A stretch of DNA of 64,000 bases from Eledone cirrhosa (taxonomy: Eukaryota), in contig OZ024758.1 in the NCBI GenBank assembly GCA_964016885.1, positions 38,254,001-38,318,000 of the forward strand, written 5' to 3'. The translations under genes and the position numbers were made by a program. Positions 41,751-55,413 of this stretch are shown one piece after another; the stretch's first letter is position 1; each line of letters begins with the position of its first letter. The notes under the pieces are model-generated. The model searched no databases and had not been told where the DNA came from. It saw only the letters and a list, made by a program, of their open reading frames with translations.

Positions 41751-44700
41751 AGTTGTCAGAAGTAACTCCAATGTTGGTGAGAATTCATTTAAGTTCATGG
41801 TATTAGTTTGTCAGAAGTAACTCCACTGTTGGTGAGAATTCATTTAAGTCATGGTATTAGTTGTCAGAAGTAACTCCAATGTTGGTGAGAATTCATTTAG
41901 GTTCATGGTACTAGCTGTCAGAAGTAACTCCAATGTTGGTGAGAATTCATTTAAGTTCATGGTATTAGCTGTCAGAAGTAACTCCACTGTTGGTGAGAAT
42001 TCATTTAAGTTCATGGTATTAGTTTGTCAGAAGTAACTCCACTGTTGGTGAGAATTCATTTAAGTCATGGTACTAGCTGTCAGAAGTAACTCCACTGTTG
42101 GTGAGAATTCATTTAAGTTCATGGTATTAGCTGTCAGAAGTAACTCCACTGTTGGTGAGAATTCATTTAAGTTCATGGTATTAGCTGTCAGAAGTAACTC
42201 CACTGTTGGTGAGAATTCATTTAAGTTCATGGTATTAGCTGTCAGAAGTAACTCCACTGTTGGTGAGAATTCATTTAAGTTCATGGTATTAGCTGTCAGA
42301 AGGAACTCCAATGTTGGTGAGAATTCATTTAAGTCATGGTACTAGCTTTCAGAAGTAACTCCACTGTTGGTGAGAGTTCATTTAAGTTCATGGTATTAGC
42401 TGTCAGAAGTAACTCCACTGTTGGTGAGAATTCATTTAAGTTCATGGTACTAGCTGTCAGAAGTAACTCCAATGTTGGTGAGAATTCATTTAAGTTCATG
42501 GTATTAGCTGTCAGAAGGAACTCCACTGTTGGTGAGAATTCATTTAAGTTCATGGTATTAGCTGTCAGAAGTAACTCCACTGTTGGTGAGAATTCATTTA
42601 AGTTCATGGTACTAGTTGTCAGAAGTAACTCCACTGTTGGTGAGAATTCATTTAAGTTCATGTTACTAGCTGTCAGAAGTAACTCCACTGTTGGTGAGAA
42701 TTCATTTAAGTTCATGGTACTAGCTGTCAGAAGTAACTCCAATGTTGGTGAGAATTCATTTAAGTTCATGGTATTAGCTGTCAGAAGTAACTCCACTGTT
42801 GGTGAGAATTCATTTAAGTCATGGTATTAGCTGTCAGAAGTAACTCCAATGTTGGTGAGAATTCATTTAAGTTCATGGTATTAGCTGTCAGAAGTAACTC
42901 CACTGTTGGTGAGAATTCATTTAAGTTCACGGTACTAGCTGTCAGAAGTAACTCCACTGTTGGTGAGAATTCATTTAAGTTCATGGTATTAGTTTGTCAG
43001 AAGTAACTCCAATGTTGGTGAGAATTCATTTAAGTTCATGGTACTAGCTGTCAGAAGTAACTCCACTGTTGGTGAGAATTCATTTAAGTTCATGGTATTA
43101 GCTGTCAGAAGTAACTCCACTGTTGGTGAGAATTCATTTAAGTGATGGTATTAGCTGTCAGAAGTAACTCCAATGTTGGTGAGAATTCATTTAAGTCATG
43201 GTACTAGCTGTCAGAAGTAACTCCAATGTTGGTGAGAATTCAGTTAAGTTCATGGTATTAGCTGTCAGAAGGAACTCCACTGTTGGTGAGAATTCATTTA
43301 AGTTCATGGTATTAGCTGTCAGAAGTAACTCCACTGTTGGTGAGAATTCATTTAAGTTCATGGTACTAGCTGTCAGAAGTAACTCCACTGTTGGTGAGAA
43401 TTCATTTAAGTTCATGGTACTAGCTGTCAGAAGTAACTCCACTGTTGGTGAGAATTCATTTAAGTTCATGGTATTAGCTGTCAGAAGTAACTCCACTGTT
43501 GGTGAGAGTTCATTTAAGTCATGGTATTAGCTGTCAGAAGTAACTCCACTGTTGGTGAGAATTCATTTAAGTTCATGGTACTAGCTGTCAGAAGTAACTC
43601 CACTGTTGGTGAGAATTCATTTAAGTTCATGGTTCTAGCTGTCAGAAGTAACTCCACTGTTGGTGAGAATTCATTTAAGTTCATGGTATTAGCTGTCAGA
43701 AGTAACTCCACTGTTGGTGAGAGTTCATTTAAGTCATGGTATTAGCTGTCAGAAGTAACTCCATTGTTGGTGAGAATTCATTTAAATCATGGTACTAGCT
43801 GTCAGAAGTAACTCCACTGTTGGTGAGAATTCATTTAAGTTCATGGTATTAGCTGTCAGAAGGAACTCCACTGTTGGTGAGAATTCATTTAAGTTCATGG
43901 TACTAGCTGTCAGAAGTAACTCCACTGTTGGTGAGAATTCATTTAAGTTCATGGTATTAGTTTGTCAGAAGTAACTCCACTGTTGGTGAGAATTCATTTA
44001 ATTCATGGTATTAGTTGTCAGAAGTAACTCCAATGTTGGTGAGAATTCATTTAAGTCATGGTACTAGCTGTCAGAAGTAACTCCAATGTTGGTGAGAATT
44101 CATTTAAGTTCATGGTATTAGCTGTCAGAAGGAACTCCACTGTTGGTGAGAATTCATTTAAGTTCATGGTATTAGCTGTCAGAAGTAACTCCACTGTTGG
44201 TGAGAATTCATTTAAGTTCATGGTACTAGCTGTCAGAAGTAACTCCACTGTTGGTGAGAATTCATTTAAGTTCATGGTATTAGTTTGTCAGAAGTAACTC
44301 CACTGTTGGTGAGAATTCATTTAAGTCATGGTATTAGTTGTCAGAAGTTTACTCCAATGTTGGTGAGAATTCATTTAAGTTCATGGTACTAGCTGTCAGA
44401 AGTAACTCCACTGTTGGTGAGAATTCATTTAAGTTCATGGTATTAGCTGTCAGAAGTAACTCCACTGTTGGTGAGAATTCATTTAAGTCATGGTATTAGC
44501 TGTCAGAAGTAACTCCAATGTTGGTGAGAATTCATTTAAGTTCATGGTACTAGCTGTCAGAAGTAACTCCAATGTTGGTGAGAATTCAGTTAAGTTCATG
44601 GTATTAGCTGTCAGAAGGAACTCCACTGTTGGTGAGAATTCATTTAAGTTCATGGTATTAGTTGTCAGAAGTAACTCCACTGTTGGTGAGAATTCATTTA

Positions 44701-47700
44701 AGTTCATGGTATTAGCTGTCAGAAGTAACCCCAATGTTGGTGAGAATTCATTTAAGTTCATGGTTCTAGCTGTCAGAAGTAACTCCACTGTTGGTGAGAA
44801 TTCATTTAAGTTCATGGTATTAGCTGTCAGAAGTAACTCCACTGTTGGTGAGAGTTCATTTAAGTCATGGTATTAGCTGTCAGAAGTAACTCCATTGTTG
44901 GTAAGAATTCATTTAAGTCATGGTACTAGCTGTCAGAAGTAACTCCACTGTTGGTGAGAATTCATTTAAGTTCATGGTATTAGCTGTCAGAAGGAACTCC
45001 ACTGTTGGTGAGAATTCATTTAAGTTCATGGTACTAGCTGTCAGAAGTAACTCCACTGTTGGTGAGAATTCATTTAAGTTCATGGTATTAGTTTGTCAGA
45101 AGTAACTCCACTGTTGGTGAGAATTCATTTAATTCATGGTATTAGTTGTCAGAAGTAACTCCAATGTTGGTGAGAATTCATTTAAGTCATGGTACTAGCT
45201 GTCAGAAGTAACTCCAATGTTGGTGAGAATTCATTTAAGTTCATGGTATTAGCTGTCAGAAGGAACTCCACTGTTGGTGAGAATTCATTTAAGTTCATGG
45301 TATTAGCTGTCAGAAGTAACTCCACTGTTGGCGAGAATTCATTTAAGTTCATGGTACTAGCTGTCAGAAGTAACTCCAATGTTGGTGAGAATTCATTTAA
45401 GTTCATGGTATTAGCTGTCAGAAGTAACTCCACTGTTGGTGAGAATTCATTTAAGTCATGGTATTAGCTGTCAGAAGTAACTCCAATGTTGGTGAGAATT
45501 CATTTAAGTTCATGGTACTAGCTGTCAGAAGTAACTCCACTGTTGGTGAGAATTCATTTAAGTTCATGGTATTAGTTTGTCAGAAGTAACTCCACTGTTG
45601 GTGAGAATTCATTTAAGTCATGGTATTAGTTGTCAGAAGTTTACTCCAATGTTGGTGAGAATTCATTTAAGTTCATGGTACTAGCTGTCAGAAGTAACTC
45701 CACTGTTGGTGAGAATTCATTTAAGTTCATGGTATTAGCTGTCAGAAGTAACTCCACTGTTGGTGAGAATTTATTTAAGTCATGGTATTAGCTGTCAGAA
45801 GTAACTCCAATGTTGGTGAGAATTCATTTAAGTCATGGTACTAGCTGTCAGAAGTAACTCCAATGTTGGTGAGAATTCAGTTAAGTTCATGGTATTAGCT
45901 GTCAGAAGGAACTCCACTGTTGGTGAGAATTCATTTAAGTTCATGGTATTAGCTGTCAGAAGTAACTCCACTGTTGGTGAGAATTCATTTAAGTTCATGG
46001 TACTAGCTGTCAGAAGTAACTCCACTGTTGGTGAGAATTCATTTAAGTTCATGGTACTAGCTGTCAGAAGTAACTCCACTGTTGGTGAGAATTCAGTTAA
46101 GTTCATGGTATTAGTTGTCAGAAGTAACTCCACTGTTGGTGAGAATTCATTTAAATCATGGTATTAGTTGTCAGAAGTAACTCCAATGTTGGTGAGAATT
46201 CATTTAATTTCATGGTACTAGCTGTCAGAAGTAACTCCACTGTTGGTGAGAATTCATTTAAGTCATGGTATTAGTTGTCAGAAGTAACTCCAATGTTGGT
46301 GAGAATTCATTTAAGTTCATGGTACTAGCTGTCAGAAGTAACTCCACTGTTGGTGAGAATTCATTTAAGTTCATGGTATTAGCTGTCAGAAGTAACTCCA
46401 CTGTTGGTGAGAATTCATTTAAGTCATGGTATTAGTTGTCAGAAGTAACTCCAATGTTGGTGAGAATTCATTTAAGTTCATGGTACTAGCTGTCAGAAGT
46501 AACTCCACTGTTGGTGAGAATTCATTTAAGTTCATGGTATTAGCTGTCAGAAGTAACTCCACTGTTGGTGAGAATTCATTTAAGTTCATGGTATTAGCTG
46601 TCAGAAGTAACTCCACTGTTGGTGAGAATTCATTTAAGTTCATGGTATTAGCTGTCAGAAGTAACTCCACTGTTGGTGAGAATTCATTTAAGTTCATGGT
46701 ATTAGCTGTCAGAAGGAACTCCAATGTTGGTGAGAATTCATTTAAGTCATGGTACTAGCTTTCAGAAGTAACTCCACTGTTGGTGAGAGTTCATTTAAGT
46801 TCATGGTATTAGCTGTCAGAAGTAACTCCACTGTTGGTGAGAATTCATTTAAGTTCATGGTACTAGCTGTCAGAAGTAACTCCAATGTTGGTGAGAATTC
46901 ATTTAAGTTCATGGTATTAGCTGTCAGAAGGAACTCCACTGTTGGTGAGAATTCATTTAAGTTCATGGTATTAGCTGTCAGAAGTAACTCCACTGTTGGT
47001 GAGAATTCATTTAAGTTCATGGTACTAGTTGTCAGAAGTAACTCCACTGTTGGTGAGAATTCATTTAAGTTCATGTTACTAGCTGTCAGAAGTAACTCCA
47101 CTGTTGGTGAGAATTCATTTAAGTTCATGGTATTAGTTTGTCAGAAGTAACTCCACTGTTGGTGAGAATTCATTTAAGTTCATGGTATTAGCTGTCAGAA
47201 GTAACTCCACTGTTGGTGAGAATTCATTTAAGTTCATGGTACTAGCTGTCAGAAGTAACTCCAATGTTGGTGAGAATTCATTTAAGTTCATGGTATTAGC
47301 TGTCAGAAGTAACTCCACTGTTGGTGAGAATTCATTTAAGTCATGGTATTAGCTGTCAGAAGTAACTCCAATGTTGGTGAGAATTCATTTAAGTTCATGG
47401 TATTAGCTGTCAGAAGTAACTCCACTGTTGGTGAGAATTCATTTAAGTTCACGGTACTAGCTGTCAGAAGTAACTCCACTGTTGGTGAGAATTCATTTAA
47501 GTTCATGGTATTAGTTTGTCAGAAGTAACTCCAATGTTGGTGAGAATTCATTTAAGTTCATGGTACTAGCTGTCAGAAGTAACTCCACTGTTGGTGAGAA
47601 TTCATTTAAGTTCATGGTATTAGCTGTCAGAAGTAACTCCACTGTTGGTGAGAATTCATTTAAGTGATGGTATTAGCTGTCAGAAGTAACTCCAATGTTG

Positions 47701-49004
47701 GTGAGAATTCATTTAAGTCATGGTACTAGCTGTCAGAAGTAACTCCAATGTTGGTGAGAATTCAGTTAAGTTCATGGTATTAGCTGTCAGAAGGAACTCC
47801 ACTGTTGGTGAGAATTCATTTAAGTTCATGGTATTAGCTGTCAGAAGTAACTCCACTGTTGGTGAGAATTCATTTAAGTTCATGGTACTAGCTGTCAGAA
47901 GTAACTCCACTGTTGGTGAGAATTCATTTAAGTTCATGGTACTAGCTGTCAGAAGTAACTCCACTGTTGGTGAGAATTCATTTAAGTTCATGGTATTAGC
48001 TGTCAGAAGTAACTCCACTGTTGGTGAGAGTTCATTTAAGTCATGGTATTAGCTGTCAGAAGTAACTCCACTGTTGGTGAGAATTCATTTAAGTTCATGG
48101 TACTAGCTGTCAGAAGTAACTCCACTGTTGGTGAGAATTCATTTAAGTTCATGGTTCTAGCTGTCAGAAGTAACTCCACTGTTGGTGAGAATTCATTTAA
48201 GTTCATGGTATTAGCTGTCAGAAGTAACTCCACTGTTGGTGAGAGTTCATTTAAGTCATGGTATTAGCTGTCAGAAGTAACTCCATTGTTGGTGAGAATT
48301 CATTTAAGTCATGGTACTAGCTGTCAGAAGTAACTCCACTGTTGGTGAGAATTCATTTAAGTTCATGGTATTAGCTGTCAGAAGGAACTCCACTGTTGGT
48401 GAGAATTCATTTAAGTTCATGGTACTAGCTGTCAGAAGTAACTCCACTGTTGGTGAGAATTCATTTAAGTTCATGGTATTAGTTTGTCAGAAGTAACTCC
48501 ACTGTTGGTGAGAATTCATTTAATTCATGGTATTAGTTGTCAGAAGTAACTCCAATGTTGGTGAGAATTCATTTAAGTCATGGTACTAGCTGTCAGAAGT
48601 AACTCCAATGTTGGTGAGAATTCATTTAAGTTCATGGTATTAGCTGTCAGAAGGAACTCCACTGTTGGTGAGAATTCATTTAAGTTCATGGTATTAGCTG
48701 TCAGAAGTAACTCCACTGTTGGCGAGAATTCATTTAAGTTCATGGTACTAGCTGTCAGAAGTAACTCCAATGTTGGTGAGAATTCATTTAAGTTCATGGT
48801 ATTAGCTGTCAGAAGTAACTCCACTGTTGGTGAGAATTCATTTAAGTCATGGTATTAGCTGTCAGAAGTAACTCCAATGTTGGTGAGAATTCATTTAAGT
48901 TCATGGTACTAGCTGTCAGAAGTAACTCCACTGTTGGTGAGAATTCATTTAAGTTCATGGTATTAGTTTGTCAGAAGTAACTCCACTGTTGGTGAGAATT
49001 CATT

Positions 49005-51050
49005 TAAGTCATGGTATTAGTTGTCAGAAGTTTACTCCAATGTTGGTGAGAATTCATTTAAGTTCATGGTACTAGCTGTCAGAAGTAACTCCACTGTTGG
49101 TGAGAATTCATTTAAGTTCATGGTATTAGCTGTCAGAAGTAACTCCACTGTTGGTGAGAATTCATTTAAGTCATGGTATTAGCTGTCAGAAGTAACTCCA
49201 ATGTTGGTGAGAATTCATTTAAGTCATGGTACTAGCTGTCAGAAGTAACTCCAATGTTGGTGAGAATTCAGTTAAGTTCATGGTATTAGCTGTCAGAAGG
49301 AACTCCACTGTTGGTGAGAATTCATTTAAGTTCATGGTATTAGCTGTCAGAAGTAACTCCACTGTTGGTGAGAATTCATTTAAGTTCATGGTACTAGCTG
49401 TCAGAAGTAACTCCACTGTTGGTGAGAATTCATTTAAGTTCATGGTACTAGCTGTCAGAAGTAACTCCACTGTTGGTGAGAATTCAGTTAAGTTCATGGT
49501 ATTAGTTGTCAGAAGTAACTCCACTGTTGGTGAGAATTCATTTAAATCATGGTATTAGTTGTCAGAAGTAACTCCAATGTTGGTGAGAATTCATTTAATT
49601 TCATGGTACTAGCTGTCAGAAGTAACTCCACTGTTGGTGAGAATTCATTTAAGTCATGGTATTAGTTGTCAGAAGGAACTCCACTGTTGGTGAGAATTCA
49701 TTTAAGTTCATGGTATTAGCTGTCAGAAGTAACTCCACTGTTGGTGAGAATTCATTTAAGTTCATGGTACTAGTTGTCAGAAGTAACTCCACTGTTGGTG
49801 AGAATTCATTTCAGTTCATGGTATTAGTTTGTCAGAAGTAACTCCACTGTTGGTGAGAATTCATTTAAGTTCATGGTATTAGCTGTCAGAAGTAACTCCA
49901 CTGTTGGTGAGTATTCATTTAAGTTCATGGTATTAGTTGTCAGAAGGAACTCCACTGTTGGTGAGAATTCATTTAAGTTCATGGTACTAGCTGTCAGAAG
50001 TAACTCCACTGTTGGTGAGTATTCATTTAAGTCATGGTATTAGTTGTCAGAAGTTTACTCCAATGTTGGTGAGAATTCATTTAAGTTCATGGTACTAGCT
50101 GTCAGAAGTAACTCCACTGTTGGTGAGAATTCATTTAAGTTCATGGTATTAGCTGTCAGAAGTAACTCCACTGTTGGTGAGAATTCATTTAAGTCATGGT
50201 ATTAGCTGTCAGAAGTAACTCCAATGTTGGTGAGAATTCATTTAAGTCATGGTACTAGCTGTCAGAAGTAACTCCAATGTTGGTGAGAATTCAGTTAAGT
50301 TCATGGTATTAGCTGTCAGAAGGAACTCCACTGTTGGTGAGAATTCATTTAAGTTCATGGTATTAGCTGTCAGAAGTAACTCCACTGTTGGTGAGAATTC
50401 ATTTAAGTTCATGGTACTAGCTGTCAGAAGTAACTCCACTGTTGGTGAGAATTCATTTAAGTTCATGGTACTAGCTGTCAGAAGTAACTCCACTGTTGGT
50501 GAGAATTCAGTTAAGTTCATGGTATTAGTTGTCAGAAGTAACTCCACTGTTGGTGAGAATTCATTTAAATCATGGTATTAGTTGTCAGAAGTAACTCCAA
50601 TGTTGGTGAGAATTCATTTAATTTCATGGTACTAGCTGTCAGAAGTAACTCCACTGTTGGTGAGAATTCATTTAAGTCATGGTATTAGTTGTCAGAAGGA
50701 ACTCCACTGTTGGTGAGAATTCATTTAAGTTCATGGTATTAGCTGTCAGAAGTAACTCCACTGTTGGTGAGAATTCATTTAAGTTCATGGTACTAGTTGT
50801 CAGAAGTAACTCCACTGTTGGTGAGAATTCATTTCAGTTCATGGTATTAGTTTGTCAGAAGTAACTCCACTGTTGGTGAGAATTCATTTAAGTTCATGGT
50901 ATTAGCTGTCAGAAGTAACTCCACTGTTGGTGAGTATTCATTTAAGTTCATGGTATTAGTTGTCAGAAGGAACTCCACTGTTGGTGAGAATTCATTTAAG
51001 TTCATGGTACTAGCTGTCAGAAGTAACTCCACTGTTGGTGAGTATTCATT
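49005..51050 (+). repeat. Tandem duplication of a 1023-bp unit (19 monomers)
   Basis: ORF pairs 49226/50249, 49656/50679 and 49824/50847 are offset by 1023 and share TTTCAGTTC and GAGTATTC variants. Confidence 0.8.
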
Positions 51051-54000
51051 TAAGTTCATGGTATTAGCTGTCAGAAGGAACTCCACTGTTGGTGAGAATT
51101 CATTTAAGTTCATGGTATTAGCTGTCAGAAGTAACTCCACTGTTGGTGAGAATTCATTTAAGTTCATGGTACTAGTTGTCAGAAGTAACTCCACTGTTGG
51201 TGAGAATTCATTTCAGTTCATGGTATTAGTTTGTCAGAAGTAACTCCACTGTTGGTGAGAATTCATTTAAGTTCATGGTATTAGCTGTCAGAAGTAACTC
51301 CACTGTTGGTGAGAATTCATTTAAGTTCATGGTACTAGCTGTCAGAAGTAACTCCAATGTTGGTGAGAATTCATTTAAGTTCATGGTATTAGCTGTCAGA
51401 AGTAACTCCACTGTTGGTGAGAATTCATTTAAGTCATGGTATTAGCTGTCAGAAGTAACTCCAATGTTGGTGAGAAGTCATTTAAGTTCATGGTATTAGC
51501 TGTCAGAAGTAACTCCACTGTTGGTGAGAATTCATTTAAGTTCACGGTACTAGCTGTCAGAAGTAACTCCACTGTTGGTGAGAATTCATTTAAGTTCATG
51601 GTATTAGTTTGTCAGAAGTAACTCCAATGTTGGTGAGAATTCATTTAAGTTCATGGTACTAGCTGTCAGAAGTAACTCCACTGTTGGTGAGAATTCATTT
51701 AAGTTCATGGTATTAGCTGTCAGAAGTAACTCCACTGTTGGTGAGAATTCATTTAAGTCATGGTATTAGCTGTCAGAAGTAACTCCAATGTTGGTGAGAA
51801 TTCATTTAAGTCATGGTACTAGCTGTCAGAAGTAACTCCAATGTTGGTGAGAATTCAGTTAAGTTCATGGTATTAGCTGTCAGAAGGAACTCCACTGTTG
51901 GTGAGAATTCATTTAAGTTCATGGTATTAGCTGTCAGAAGTAACTCCACTGTTGGTGAGAATTCATTTAAGTTCATGGTACTAGCTGTCAGAAGTAACTC
52001 CACTGTTGGTGAGAATTCATTTAAGTTCATGGTACTAGCTGTCAGAAGTAACTCCACTGTTGGTGAGAATTCAGTTAAGTTCATGGTATTAGTTGTCAGA
52101 AGTAACTCCACTGTTGGTGAGAATTCATTTAAATCATGGTATTAGTTGTCAGAAGTAACTCCAATGTTGGTGAGAATTCATTTAATTTCATGGTATGAGC
52201 TGTCAGAAGTAACTCCACTGTTGGTGAGAATTCATTTAAGTCATGGTATTAGTTGTCAGAAGTAACTCCACTGTTGGTGAGAATTCATTTAAGTTCATGG
52301 TATTAGCTGTCAGAAGTAACCCCAATGTTGGTGAGAATTCATTTAAGTTCATGGTTCTAGCTGTCAGAAGTAACTCCACTGTTGGTGAGAATTCATTTAA
52401 GTTCATGGTATTAGCTGTCAGAAGTAACTCCACTGTTGGTGAGAGTTCATTTAAGTCATGGTATTAGCTGTCAGAAGTAACTCCATTGTTGGTGAGAATT
52501 CATTTAAGTCATGGTACTAGCTGTCAGAAGTAACTCCACTGTTGGTGAGAATTCATTTAAGTTCATGGTATTAGCTGTCAGAAGGAACTCCACTGTTGGT
52601 GAGAATTCATTTAAGTTCATGGTACTAGCTGTCAGAAGTAACTCCACTGTTGGTGAGAATTCATTTAACTTCATGGTATTAGCTGTCAGAAGTAACTCTA
52701 CTGTTGGTGAGAATTCATTTAAGTCATGGTATTAGCTGTCAGAAGTAACTCCACTGTTGGTGAGTATTCATTTAAGTCATGGTATTAGTTGTCAGAAGTT
52801 TACTCCAATGTTGGTGAGAATTCATTTAAGTTCATGGTACTAGCTGTCAGAAGTAACTCCACTGTTGGTGAGAATTCATTTAAGTTCATGGTATTAGCTG
52901 TCAGAAGTAACTCCACTGTTGGTGAGAATTCATTTAAGTCATGGTATTAGCTGTCAGAAGTAACTCCAATGTTGGTGAGAATTCATTTAAGTCATGGTAC
53001 TAGCTGTCAGAAGTAACTCCAATGTTGGTGAGAATTCAGTTAAGTTCATGGTATTAGCTGTCAGAAGGAACTCCACTGTTGGTGAGAATTCATTTAAGTT
53101 CATGGTATTAGCTGTCAGAAGTAACTCCACTGTTGGTGAGAATTCATTTAAGTTCATGGTACTAGCTGTCAGAAGTAACTCCACTGTTGGTGAGAATTCA
53201 TTTAAGTTCATGGTACTAGCTGTCAGAAGTAACTCCACTGTTGGTGAGAATTCAGTTAAGTTCATGGTATTAGTTGTCAGAAGTAACTCCACTGTTGGTG
53301 AGAATTCATTTAAATCATGGTATTAGTTGTCAGAAGTAACTCCAATGTTGGTGAGAATTCATTTAATTTCATGGTACTAGCTGTCAGAAGTAACTCCACT
53401 GTTGGTGAGAATTCATTTAAGTCATGGTATTAGTTGTCAGAAGGAACTCCACTGTTGGTGAGAATTCATTTAAGTTCATGGTATTAGCTGTCAGAAGTAA
53501 CTCCACTGTTGGTGAGAATTCATTTAAGTTCATGGTACTAGTTGTCAGAAGTAACTCCACTGTTGGTGAGAATTCATTTCAGTTCATGGTATTAGTTTGT
53601 CAGAAGTAACTCCACTGTTGGTGAGAATTCATTTAAGTTCATGGTATTAGCTGTCAGAAGTAACTCCACTGTTGGTGAGTATTCATTTAAGTTCATGGTA
53701 TTAGTTGTCAGAAGGAACTCCACTGTTGGTGAGAATTCATTTAAGTTCATGGTACTAGCTGTCAGAAGTAACTCCACTGTTGGTGAGTATTCATTTAAGT
53801 TCATGGTATTAGCTGTCAGAAGGAACTCCACTGTTGGTGAGAATTCATTTAAGTTCATGGTATTAGCTGTCAGAAGTAACTCCACTGTTGGTGAGAATTC
53901 ATTTAAGTTCATGGTACTAGTTGTCAGAAGTAACTCCACTGTTGGTGAGAATTCATTTCAGTTCATGGTATTAGTTTGTCAGAAGTAACTCCACTGTTGG

Positions 54001-55413
54001 TGAGAATTCATTTAAGTTCATGGTATTAGCTGTCAGAAGTAACTCCACTGTTGGTGAGAATTCATTTAAGTTCATGGTACTAGCTGTCAGAAGTAACTCC
54101 AATGTTGGTGAGAATTCATTTAAGTTCATGGTATTAGCTGTCAGAAGTAACTCCACTGTTGGTGAGAATTCATTTAAGTCATGGTATTAGCTGTCAGAAG
54201 TAACTCCAATGTTGGTGAGAAGTCATTTAAGTTCATGGTATTAGCTGTCAGAAGTAACTCCACTGTTGGTGAGAATTCATTTAAGTTCACGGTACTAGCT
54301 GTCAGAAGTAACTCCACTGTTGGTGAGAATTCATTTAAGTTCATGGTATTAGTTTGTCAGAAGTAACTCCAATGTTGGTGAGAATTCATTTAAGTTCATG
54401 GTACTAGCTGTCAGAAGTAACTCCACTGTTGGTGAGAATTCATTTAAGTTCATGGTATTAGCTGTCAGAAGTAACTCCACTGTTGGTGAGAATTCATTTA
54501 AGTCATGGTATTAGCTGTCAGAAGTAACTCCAATGTTGGTGAGAATTCATTTAAGTCATGGTACTAGCTGTCAGAAGTAACTCCAATGTTGGTGAGAATT
54601 CAGTTAAGTTCATGGTATTAGCTGTCAGAAGGAACTCCACTGTTGGTGAGAATTCATTTAAGTTCATGGTATTAGCTGTCAGAAGTAACTCCACTGTTGG
54701 TGAGAATTCATTTAAGTTCATGGTACTAGCTGTCAGAAGTAACTCCACTGTTGGTGAGAATTCATTTAAGTTCATGGTACTAGCTGTCAGAAGTAACTCC
54801 ACTGTTGGTGAGAATTCAGTTAAGTTCATGGTATTAGTTGTCAGAAGTAACTCCACTGTTGGTGAGAATTCATTTAAATCATGGTATTAGTTGTCAGAAG
54901 TAACTCCAATGTTGGTGAGAATTCATTTAATTTCATGGTATGAGCTGTCAGAAGTAACTCCACTGTTGGTGAGAATTCATTTAAGTCATGGTATTAGTTG
55001 TCAGAAGTAACTCCACTGTTGGTGAGAATTCATTTAAGTTCATGGTATTAGCTGTCAGAAGTAACCCCAATGTTGGTGAGAATTCATTTAAGTTCATGGT
55101 TCTAGCTGTCAGAAGTAACTCCACTGTTGGTGAGAATTCATTTAAGTTCATGGTATTAGCTGTCAGAAGTAACTCCACTGTTGGTGAGAGTTCATTTAAG
55201 TCATGGTATTAGCTGTCAGAAGTAACTCCATTGTTGGTGAGAATTCATTTAAGTCATGGTACTAGCTGTCAGAAGTAACTCCACTGTTGGTGAGAATTCA
55301 TTTAAGTTCATGGTATTAGCTGTCAGAAGGAACTCCACTGTTGGTGAGAATTCATTTAAGTTCATGGTACTAGCTGTCAGAAGTAACTCCACTGTTGGTG
55401 AGAATTCATTTAA
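49990..55413 (+). repeat. Tandem duplication of a 2745-bp unit (51 monomers)
   Basis: ORF pairs 50249/52994, 50896/53641, 51436/54181, 51813/54558 and 52243/54988 are all offset by 2745. The private variant GGTATGAGC occurs at ~52192 and ~54937. Confidence 0.88.
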
